From Chitinophagaceae bacterium (GTDB taxonomy: Bacteria > Bacteroidota > Bacteroidia > Chitinophagales > Chitinophagaceae): a DNA stretch of 64,000 bases. A program made the translations under genes and the position numbers. The stretch is taken from positions 11,471 through 75,470 of the forward strand of contig CANGBQ010000001.1 of assembly GCA_947451985.1 (NCBI GenBank). The letters run 5' to 3'. Below are positions 8,744 through 16,638 of this stretch, one piece after another; positions within the stretch are counted from its first letter, which is position 1; every line of letters starts with the position of its first letter. The notes beneath the pieces are model-generated. The model saw only the letters and a list, made by a program, of their open reading frames with translations. It did no database searches and was not told where the DNA came from.

Positions 8744-9718
8744 ATGCAAAAGGGTCCTGTTTCACAGTATATTCAACACCATTATCGTCATTTCAACGCG
8801 GCTGCTTTGATGGATGCCGCCAAAGGATATGAAACCCACCTGCTGGAAGGCGGAAAAATGATGGTTACCCTGGCTGGTGCCATGAGTACTGCTGAATTGG
8901 GATTGAGTTTTGCCGAAATGATTCGCCAAGACAAGGTGGCCATCATCAGTTGTACTGGTGCCAATTTGGAAGAAGACATCATGAACCTGGTGGCGCACAG
9001 TCATTACAAAAGAGTGCCCAATTACAGAGACCTGAGTCCACAAGACGAATGGGACTTATTGGAAAATCATTACAATCGTGTAACCGATACTTGCATCCCC
9101 GAAGAAGAAGCATTCAGAAGGCTGCAAAAACACATTCATCAGTTGTGGAGTGAAGCAGATCAAAAAGGGGAGCGCTATTTTCCGCATGAATTCATGTACA
9201 AAATGTTATTGAGTGGCGTATTGGAGCAATACTATGAAATTGATCCAAAGAACAGCTGGATGTTGGCAGCGGCTCAAAAAAACATTCCCATTGTCGTGCC
9301 CGGATGGGAAGACAGCACGATGGGAAATATTTTTGCTTCCTATGTGATTAAAAATGAAATGAAAGCTTCTACCATGAAAAGTGGTATTGAATATATGGTG
9401 TGGCTATCCGATTGGTACAGACAAAATGCTGGTGGAAAAGGAGTGGGCTTCTTTCAAATTGGCGGAGGCATCGCGGGCGATTTCCCTATCTGTGTAGTAC
9501 CGATGATGTACCAAGACTTGGAATGGCACGATGTGCCTTTCTGGAGCTATTTCTGTCAAATCAGTGATTCTACTACTTCTTATGGCTCGTATTCGGGTGC
9601 AGTTCCCAATGAAAAAATTACCTGGGGTAAGCTGGATATCAACACACCTAAGTTTATTGTAGAGAGCGATGCTACGATTGTTGCTCCTTTGATATTTGCC
9701 TGGGTGCTGGGTTGGTAA
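8744..9718 (+). CDS. Deoxyhypusine synthase-like protein (probable homospermidine synthase)
   Basis: AGAMST.ELG, CTGANLEED, DSTMGN, IGGGIAGDF and SDS...GSYSGA.PNEKITWGK motifs. Confidence 0.88.
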   Translation: MQKGPVSQYIQHHYRHFNAAALMDAAKGYETHLLEGGKMMVTLAGAMSTAELGLSFAEMIRQDKVAIISCTGANLEEDIMNLVAHSHYKRVPNYRDLSPQDEWDLLENHYNRVTDTCIPEEEAFRRLQKHIHQLWSEADQKGERYFPHEFMYKMLLSGVLEQYYEIDPKNSWMLAAAQKNIPIVVPGWEDSTMGNIFASYVIKNEMKASTMKSGIEYMVWLSDWYRQNAGGKGVGFFQIGGGIAGDFPICVVPMMYQDLEWHDVPFWSYFCQISDSTTSYGSYSGAVPNEKITWGKLDINTPKFIVESDATIVAPLIFAWVLGW

Positions 9719-9737
9719 TTCCTATATAGTGCTATGA

Positions 9738-11321
9738 TTAACGGGTGCCGGTTGGCAAAGGTTTGTCTCTGATCAACATGCCTTCTCTATTGGCCATTTC
9801 CCACGCCGTATTGAATATCATCTGCGCACGCTTTTCAAACAGTGACCAGTTGATGAATTCAATATCATCGGTGGGTTGGTGATAATCGGCTTTTAGCATC
9901 CCATCATAGAAGAACAATACCGGAATGCCTTTGCGGGCGAAATTGTAATGATCACTTCTGTAATAGATTCTGTTGGGATCTTTGGGATCGTCAAATTTGT
10001 AATCCAATACCAATTGCGTGGTTTGATTGTTGATTCCTTCATTGATAACGGGCAACTCGGAACTGATTTTGTCATGCCCCACTACATACACATAATTCAG
10101 CGTGTCGGCTGTTTGTCTTTCGGTATCAATTCTTCCAATCATGTCTGTGTTCAAATCCACGGATGTTTTTTCGGTAGGATAAAAAGGATGTTCTGAATAA
10201 TATTCACTTCCCCACAATCCTTTTTCTTCTCCGCTTACCGTCATGCACACCACGGTCCTTCTAGGTCCATGACCATCTTTTTTTGCTTGTGCAAATGCAG
10301 CAGCCATCTGTAGTACAGTCACTGTTCCGCTTCCATCATCGTCAGCACCGTTGTATATTTTGTCTCCTTGTTTGCCTAAATGATCGTAATGCGCCGTTAA
10401 AAAAACATATTCATCTTTTTTATCTGATCCCTCAATAATACCAACTACATTGCTTGCATAAACGGTATTTGTGTATTTAGAATAATGCATCTCAACAGGC
10501 ATTTTCCAACTTACATTTAGGTAGTTCATTGCCTGGTTGTTTTTTGCACAGATAAGCAAACTGTCCATTTCTTGTCCCAATATTTTCTGCGCAAAAGCAT
10601 GCGACAGCAACACGCCGTTTATTTTTTTGATTGTATCAGTTTCTTTTACCAATCGAATGCCATTTCGTTTGCTGTTATCTATGTTCTTTTGAGTAAAGTT
10701 TTCTTGAGAAGAATTAATAATCATGGCTCCGATAGCGCCTTTGCTAGCAGCCACTTCTAATTTTTTATTGAGTCCAGGATAGGTCCATTGCGAAGAACGC
10801 CCTTCGGGATGAATAAAATATTTTCCGTCTTTTTTGGGTTCTCCGGCAAAGAAAACCACTACTTTTCCTTTCACCAGTTTGTTTTGGTAATCGCTGTATT
10901 GCGAATCATCAATCCCGTATCCTACAAAAACCAGTTCATCAGCGGTGAAGCTGCCGGTTTCGTTCACATTAAGGGGTGTTATGTAATCGTTTCCATAAGT
11001 GGCAGACTCTTGATGGATGCTGAGAGAAGCACTTACCAGGCTGTCCTGTTTCAATGGATACATTTGTTGATATCCATTCAACGACGGAACTTTTTTCAAT
11101 CCTATTTTTTTGAACACGCCTTCAATGTAGGCAGCTGCTTTTCTTTGTCCTTCCGTGCCGGTTTCTCTTCCTTCCATCGCATCACTGGCAATAACGGTTA
11201 AGTGTTTTTTCAACCCTTCGGCGTTGACCATTTTTGTATATGGGTTGATGCTTTTTTGTTGTGCCATGGCAACCTGGCTCACCGATAACATCAACAGTGC
11301 TACTATTGTTTTTTTCATCAT
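9738..11321 (-). CDS. M28-family aminopeptidase with PA domain, exported
   Basis: Signal peptide, MEGRETGT.G, TAHYDHLG, NGADDDGSGT, SGEEKGL.GS, RSDHYNF, YHQPTD. Confidence 0.9.
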   Translation of the reverse strand: MMKKTIVALLMLSVSQVAMAQQKSINPYTKMVNAEGLKKHLTVIASDAMEGRETGTEGQRKAAAYIEGVFKKIGLKKVPSLNGYQQMYPLKQDSLVSASLSIHQESATYGNDYITPLNVNETGSFTADELVFVGYGIDDSQYSDYQNKLVKGKVVVFFAGEPKKDGKYFIHPEGRSSQWTYPGLNKKLEVAASKGAIGAMIINSSQENFTQKNIDNSKRNGIRLVKETDTIKKINGVLLSHAFAQKILGQEMDSLLICAKNNQAMNYLNVSWKMPVEMHYSKYTNTVYASNVVGIIEGSDKKDEYVFLTAHYDHLGKQGDKIYNGADDDGSGTVTVLQMAAAFAQAKKDGHGPRRTVVCMTVSGEEKGLWGSEYYSEHPFYPTEKTSVDLNTDMIGRIDTERQTADTLNYVYVVGHDKISSELPVINEGINNQTTQLVLDYKFDDPKDPNRIYYRSDHYNFARKGIPVLFFYDGMLKADYHQPTDDIEFINWSLFEKRAQMIFNTAWEMANREGMLIRDKPLPTGTR

Positions 11322-11337
11322 ATCTGGTTAATAGAAT

Positions 11338-11787
11338 TTAACAAGCGATTTTGTTCACGCGATTGGCATGTCTGCCGCCCTCGAAAGCGGTTTCCATAAA
11401 TATCGATACCATCTTCTCTGCCATCCCTTCTTGTATAAACCTGGCAGGGATACAAATGATATTGGCGTCGTTGTGTTGACGAGCCAGGGAAGCCAGTTCT
11501 TCTGCCCAGCAGATGGCTGCGCGCACGCCAGCATGCTTATTGGCAGTGATGGCGACTCCATTGGCACTGCCACAAATCAAAATACCAAATGCAGCCGCTC
11601 CTGATTCAACTGCTTGTGCCACGGGGTGGGCAAAATCAGGGTAATCAACGGAGTCTTTGCTATGGGTGCCAAAATCCGTAAAGGAAATCTGTTTGGAGGC
11701 TAAAAAGGCAAGCAACTGCTCTTTACAGTCAAAGCCCGCATGATCGCAGCCAATGGCCACGGGTTTTTGTTGATTGAAGGCAAACAT
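11338..11787 (-). CDS. rpiB: Ribose-5-phosphate isomerase B
   Basis: GCDHAG, VDYPD, CGSANG, RQHNDAN, FEGGRHANRV. Confidence 0.93.
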   Translation of the reverse strand: MFAFNQQKPVAIGCDHAGFDCKEQLLAFLASKQISFTDFGTHSKDSVDYPDFAHPVAQAVESGAAAFGILICGSANGVAITANKHAGVRAAICWAEELASLARQHNDANIICIPARFIQEGMAEKMVSIFMETAFEGGRHANRVNKIAC

Positions 11788-11827
11788 CCTGGATGAGTTT
11801 TATGGTTTGTATTGTTAAATCAATGGA

Positions 11828-12664
11828 TTAGCTCCACTGTTTTTCTTCTTTTATGTTTTGCTTGTCTACCCTGGCCGCAATCAATACGCTGACTTCATAT
11901 AAAAGCAACAATGGCACCGCCACAATAACCTGACTGGTCCAGTCGGGAGAGGGCGTGATGACAGCCGCCACAATCAAAATGATTACAAATGCATATTTTC
12001 TGTAATTCCTCAAAAAGTTTGCACTGATCAATCCGATTTTTGCCAATACATAAGCCAATACTGGCAATTCAAAAGAGAGGCCACAACCCAAGATGATATT
12101 GTTCAGCGAATCAATGTAATCGTCCAATGTGGGCATGTATTTGTAGGCGCCCGTAGTGCCCAGGGTGAAATTGGCCAGAAAATTAAATGTAAAAGGAGCC
12201 AATAGAAAATATCCAAAAGCAGCACCCATAAAAAAACAAAGAGAAACCCAGAAGATGCTTCCTCTAGAATACTTCAGCTCTTTCGGAGACAATGCGGGCT
12301 TGATAAACTTCCACAACTCCCAGAATAAATAAGGAAATGCTACAATGAGTCCGCCTACCATCGCAATGGACATAGCTGACATAAAGGGGCCACTGATGGT
12401 ATTGCCTTGTAATTGAATATTGATTGGAGGCATGCACAATGCTTCACCCAAATGCAATTGGTGGCTTAGGTTACACAAGAATCCATAGGTAACAAAATCA
12501 TTGTGTGCAGGAGCGTAAATGATATGATCGAAAATCCAATCGATGTTGATAAAAATAGCAATGGCTGCTATTAGCCAAACCACCACCGATTTCACCAAGT
12601 GCCATCTCAAGGCTTCGAGGTGATCAATAAAACTCATTTCGGATTTTCCCTTGGGGTTGCTCAT
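11828..12664 (-). CDS. tatC: Twin-arginine translocase subunit TatC
   Basis: EMSFIDHLE.LRW, W.FIKPAL...E, FELPV, AAVITPSPD, LLYE.S. Confidence 0.93.
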   Translation of the reverse strand: MSNPKGKSEMSFIDHLEALRWHLVKSVVVWLIAAIAIFINIDWIFDHIIYAPAHNDFVTYGFLCNLSHQLHLGEALCMPPINIQLQGNTISGPFMSAMSIAMVGGLIVAFPYLFWELWKFIKPALSPKELKYSRGSIFWVSLCFFMGAAFGYFLLAPFTFNFLANFTLGTTGAYKYMPTLDDYIDSLNNIILGCGLSFELPVLAYVLAKIGLISANFLRNYRKYAFVIILIVAAVITPSPDWTSQVIVAVPLLLLYEVSVLIAARVDKQNIKEEKQWS

Positions 12665-12692
12665 GACGAGGAATTAAATACTGCTTTGGTGG

Positions 12693-12700
12693 CAAAGGTA
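12693..12700 (-). promoter_or_regulatory. -7 element (TACCTTTG) for tatC-rpiB-M28
   Basis: Exact TAnnTTTG, 28 nt upstream of the tatC ATG and downstream of the 12749-12781 terminator. Confidence 0.6.
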
Positions 12701-12748
12701 GCACCATTTATATTTTCAACTCCAAGATATTCAATCATTCTTTTCTTC

Positions 12749-12781
12749 AAAAAAAAGAAGGCCCCTGTAGAAACAGGGGCC
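12749..12781 (-). terminator. Directional intrinsic terminator (minus strand)
   Basis: GGCCCCTGT-TTCT-ACAGGGGCC followed by TTCTTTTTTTT. There is no U-tract on the plus-strand side. Confidence 0.85.
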
Positions 12782-12828
12782 GTTCACAAAACTAACTGCG
12801 TATGAAAAAACTTAACCATCGTTTTTCA
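12749..12828 (-). ncRNA. Candidate ~80-nt small RNA (two hairpins, sigma54-type promoter)
   Basis: Bounded by a -24/-12 motif (12840-12853) and the terminator. 5' hairpin UGAAAAAC/GUUUUUUCA. No sizeable ORF on this strand. Prediction only. Confidence 0.5.
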
Positions 12829-12839
12829 ATACAACAGGG

Positions 12840-12853
12840 GCAAAGAACATGCC
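12840..12853 (-). promoter_or_regulatory. Putative sigma54 (RpoN) -24/-12 promoter
   Basis: Minus strand reads GG-CATGTTCTTT-GC, with the exact GG-N10-GC spacing plus GGCAyG and TTGC cores. It deviates from consensus at -26 (G) and -11 (C). Confidence 0.5.
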
Positions 12854-12904
12854 CAATCTCTTTATAATTGTTAAGAATTAGCCAAGATTGCCAGTACATC
12901 TCTT

Positions 12905-13969
12905 TTATTGCTGCGTGGTCAGTTTTTCTGCATTTTCAGCAAACTGCAGGGCATCAATAAACTCTTGAATTTCGCCATTGATAACTGTATCGAGGTTGTA
13001 GACAGTCAATCCGATTCTGTGATCGGTGACCCTGCCCTGCGGATAATTATAGGTTCTAATTTTGGCACTGCGATCGCCTGTGCTCACCAAGCTTTTCCGT
13101 TGTTTGGAAATGGCTTCTTCTGCTTTTCTTACCTCTTCATCATACAATTTGGTTCGAAGCATGTCCATCGCTTTTTCCCGATTGGCCAACTGGCTTCTCT
13201 CTGTTTGGCAAACCACTACAATGCCCGTGGGTTTATGGGTTAGAAACACTTTGGTTTCTACCTTGTTCACGTTCTGGCCTCCCGCACCGCCACTTCGCGC
13301 GGTTTCCATTTTTACATCACTTTCTTTTAATTCGAAATCAATTTCATCTGCTTCCGGCATAATGGCTACGGTAGCCGCACTGGTGTGTACCCGGCCACTG
13401 CTTTCAGTATCCGGAACCCTTTGTACCCGATGAACGCCGCTTTCAAATTTCATCGTGCCGTATACATCATCTCCTTTAATTTCCACCTGCACCTCTTTGT
13501 ATCCGCCCACCGTTCCTTCGCTTTCGCTGAGAATGGCTGTCTTCCAGCCTTTCTTCTCACAATATTTGATGTACATCCTTAACAAGTTCCCGGCAAACAA
13601 AGAGGCTTCGTCCCCGCCGGTACCTGCCCTGATTTCCAAGATGGCATTTTTCTCATCAAATGGATCTTTAGGAATCAGCATGGTTCTGATTTCCTTCTCC
13701 AGTTGCTCTTGTTGTGTTTCCAATGCGGGCAATTCCAATTTGGCCATATTGCGCATCTCTTCGTCATCAGAATGCAGTACTTCTTTATTGAAAGCGATGT
13801 CATCTAATAATTTTACATAGGCGTTCCGAACGTCCACAATTTTTCCCAAACTGCGATATTCCTTGCTCATGGCGCTAAACTTCTTATTGTCGCTTACAAT
13901 TTCAGGATTGGTCAATGCCACCCCGAGGTTGTCGAATTTCGCCTTGATCGCATCTAGTTTATCTAACAT
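12905..13969 (-). CDS. prfA: Peptide chain release factor 1
   Basis: GGQ motif, PxT recognition tripeptide (RVPDTE), [26 protein letters not shown]. Confidence 0.96.
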   Translation of the reverse strand: MLDKLDAIKAKFDNLGVALTNPEIVSDNKKFSAMSKEYRSLGKIVDVRNAYVKLLDDIAFNKEVLHSDDEEMRNMAKLELPALETQQEQLEKEIRTMLIPKDPFDEKNAILEIRAGTGGDEASLFAGNLLRMYIKYCEKKGWKTAILSESEGTVGGYKEVQVEIKGDDVYGTMKFESGVHRVQRVPDTESSGRVHTSAATVAIMPEADEIDFELKESDVKMETARSGGAGGQNVNKVETKVFLTHKPTGIVVVCQTERSQLANREKAMDMLRTKLYDEEVRKAEEAISKQRKSLVSTGDRSAKIRTYNYPQGRVTDHRIGLTVYNLDTVINGEIQEFIDALQFAENAEKLTTQQ

Positions 13970-14057
13970 ATAGTACTTTTATAGCTGGTATTCAACAAAG
14001 CGCCTTTGATGGGGTTAAGCGGATATACCACATTTCTTTACGAGTCAGTAGAGGGTG

Positions 14058-14065
14058 CAAATTTA
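14058..14065 (-). promoter_or_regulatory. -7 element (TAAATTTG) for prfA
   Basis: Exact TAnnTTTG, implying a leader of about 80 nt. Confidence 0.55.
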
Positions 14066-14085
14066 CGTGATCTCAACCATTCATT

Positions 14086-15231
14086 TTGTATAGAAAATTC
14101 ACAGCCGATCAGATTTTTTCAGGGTATGAGATGTTGCCTGAAAACACGGTTATCATAACCGATCAATCAGGAAAGATATCGGATTTGATAAACACGACTG
14201 AAGCCGGTGAGGATATTCAGCGTTTTGAAGGGATCCTTTCACCGGGATTTGTGAATACCCATTGTCATTTGGAGCTTTCTCATATGAAGGGAATGATTTC
14301 ACAGCAAAGCGGCATGGTTGATTTTTTGCTGGAGGTGGTAAAGCAAAGAGAAGCCGATCGGGACGCTGTTTGGGACGCGATTGAAAAAGCCGAAGAGCAA
14401 ATGATTGAAAACGGCATTGTGGCGGTGGGGGATATTTGCAACACCAATCATACCATTGATCAAAAAGCAAAAGCCCGTTTATATTATCACAATTTTATTG
14501 AGTCAACTGGTTTTATTCCTGCCTTGGCGACAAATCGTTTTCAGCAAGCGGTTGGTTTACACCAGGAGTTTGCTGAAAAATTACCCAATAATTCTATTGT
14601 GCCACATGCGCCTTATTCAGTATCGACTGCTTTATTGGAAAAAATCATTGCATTTCCATCCAACAGGGTAATGACGATGCACAATCAGGAGTCACGAGCA
14701 GAAAATGATTTTTACATCAACAAAGTGGGCGACTTCTTGCGGTTATACGATGAATTGAAGATTGACATCTCTTTTTTCACCGCTGCAAATAAAACGAGTC
14801 TGCAATCCCTGATGCCTTATTTTAAATGGAACCAGCCCATCGTACTAGTACACAATGTATGCACGAGTGAAGAGGATATTGCCATCGCTGCTACGTATTT
14901 TGAATCTCAAGCATTATACTATTGTTTATGCCCCCACGCCAATCTGTATATTGGCAATGGATTGCCTGAAGTGGAATTGCTTATCAAGAACAAGTGCAAT
15001 GTGGTTCTTGGTACCGACAGTCTGGCTTCCAACAATCAACTGAATATTTTGGAAGAAATCAATACACTAAAAAAACATTTTCCTTCTTTATCAATGAATC
15101 AGTTGTTGCAGTGGGCAACCATCAATGGGGCTAAGGCGCTTGGCATTGACGGCGTGTATGGTAGTTTTGAAAAGGGAAAAACGCCGGGGATCGTATGGAT
15201 TCAAAACGATCAGGTGAAGAGGGTAGTGTAG
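14086..15231 (+). CDS. Amidohydrolase superfamily metal-dependent deaminase (substrate unknown)
   Basis: PGFVNTHCHLE (HxH), PHAPYS, HNQES, VHN, LGTDS.ASN, ATINGAKAL. TTG start. Confidence 0.85.
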   Translation: MYRKFTADQIFSGYEMLPENTVIITDQSGKISDLINTTEAGEDIQRFEGILSPGFVNTHCHLELSHMKGMISQQSGMVDFLLEVVKQREADRDAVWDAIEKAEEQMIENGIVAVGDICNTNHTIDQKAKARLYYHNFIESTGFIPALATNRFQQAVGLHQEFAEKLPNNSIVPHAPYSVSTALLEKIIAFPSNRVMTMHNQESRAENDFYINKVGDFLRLYDELKIDISFFTAANKTSLQSLMPYFKWNQPIVLVHNVCTSEEDIAIAATYFESQALYYCLCPHANLYIGNGLPEVELLIKNKCNVVLGTDSLASNNQLNILEEINTLKKHFPSLSMNQLLQWATINGAKALGIDGVYGSFEKGKTPGIVWIQNDQVKRVV

Positions 15232-15299
15232 ATGCGTTCATTGTATGCCGTACTATTAATTTGCCTGTTTTCCTATCTTACGTTTCAAATACATTGAAT

Positions 15300-15764
15300 A
15301 TGATACAATCCAAAGCCGCCACCGTAGAATTATACATTCAAGCACTGCCCAAAGAAAGAAAAGAAGCGATAGAAAAATTGAGAAAGGTCATCCGGAAAAA
15401 TTTACCAAAGGGTTTTGAAGAGGAGATGTGTTACGGCATGATCGGCTATTGTGTGCCCCACAGCAAGTATCCAAAAGGATACCATTGCAAACCCGAGCAG
15501 GCACTTCCTTTCATAAATATCGCCTCACAAAAAAACTTCATCGCGCTTTACCATATGGGTATCTATGCTAACCCCAAATTGTACGAATGGTTTGTGAAAG
15601 CGTATGCCGTTAAAGTAAAAGGGAAATTGGATATGGGAAAAAGCTGTATACGCTTTAAAAAACCGGATCAGATTCCATTTGATGTAATTGGTGAGCTGGC
15701 AACAAAAATGACGCCCGATGAATGGATAAATACCTACGAAAAGAGCTTTTTAAAAAAGAAATAA
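15300..15764 (+). CDS. DUF1801/YdhG-like domain protein
   Basis: MIQSKAATV..YI..LP.ERK, GF.E.M.YGMIGY.VP...YP.GYHC, IASQKNFIALY, MGKSCIRFKK. Start moved to ATG 15300. Confidence 0.8.
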   Translation: MIQSKAATVELYIQALPKERKEAIEKLRKVIRKNLPKGFEEEMCYGMIGYCVPHSKYPKGYHCKPEQALPFINIASQKNFIALYHMGIYANPKLYEWFVKAYAVKVKGKLDMGKSCIRFKKPDQIPFDVIGELATKMTPDEWINTYEKSFLKKK

Positions 15765-15799
15765 ATTCATGAATCATTTCGGTCATTCTCTTTAAAAAA

Positions 15800-16546
15800 T
15801 CACCCCAATACCTCCTGCAATACGGACAAGGTTTTCATTTGTCCAAAGTCTGAAAAATGCAATGCATAGTATTCCTGATAAGACAACAACAATGCCCTTC
15901 TCCATTGTTTGTTGAGTTTGATTTGATGCAATTCTGAAGGATGCATTGCTTTCAATAATTCTGCCGTCAGTACAGCGCCTTTACCGCCAATAAAATGCGA
16001 ATGTTCAGGAATCGAATCTATAAATCTTCCTTCTCGGAGGTCCAGGTAGCAATTGGCTTCGGAAAGATTTTCGTTATTGGGTTCTTGAATTTTGAATCCG
16101 ACCAACTGAGTGAGTTGAAGCGAAAAAAAGAGTGGAATATTGGCCGCCACGCTGGCATCTGCCTTGTCCAGAGAAATTAATATGTCTTCGCAAAAATAAA
16201 ACAGATCTGTATGTTGTTCGGGCTGTTTGAGAATCTTATATAATAATTCCATCATGTACAAGGCAATGCTGTTTTTAATCACATCGCTGAATACGGTATG
16301 GTACACAATGCCCCAATTGCTTTCTTTGATCCGCTGAATATTTTTGATGTTGTTTTGATACACTTCCAATTCCAATATTGCACCCGGTTGCATCATCATG
16401 GCTTTGCTGCTTCCTTTTTTTTGAGAGCGAGCACCATTCACCATATAGGCCTGTACGCCAAACAACTCCGTCAGCAGCGTAACAATCAGGCTGGTTTCAC
16501 CATACTTGACCGTTCTCAAAACAATTCCTCTGGTACTGTGTATCAT
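15800..16546 (-). CDS. recO: DNA repair protein RecO
   Basis: GIVLRTVKYGETSLIV..LT..FG OB-fold start; typical length. Confidence 0.9.
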   Translation of the reverse strand: MIHSTRGIVLRTVKYGETSLIVTLLTELFGVQAYMVNGARSQKKGSSKAMMMQPGAILELEVYQNNIKNIQRIKESNWGIVYHTVFSDVIKNSIALYMMELLYKILKQPEQHTDLFYFCEDILISLDKADASVAANIPLFFSLQLTQLVGFKIQEPNNENLSEANCYLDLREGRFIDSIPEHSHFIGGKGAVLTAELLKAMHPSELHQIKLNKQWRRALLLSYQEYYALHFSDFGQMKTLSVLQEVLG

Positions 16547-16638
16547 GCGAATAATTCAGCAATAAATGCTTGCGTTTCTTGATAAATCAACTTTCTTTGC
16601 AAATGGGATTTCTTTACAAGACTCAATATTAAATAATT

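Noticed and set aside
12905-13969. Programmed frameshift as in release factor 2
   Set aside because: The ORF is continuous and has the RF1 PxT motif; there is no CTT-TGA slippery site.
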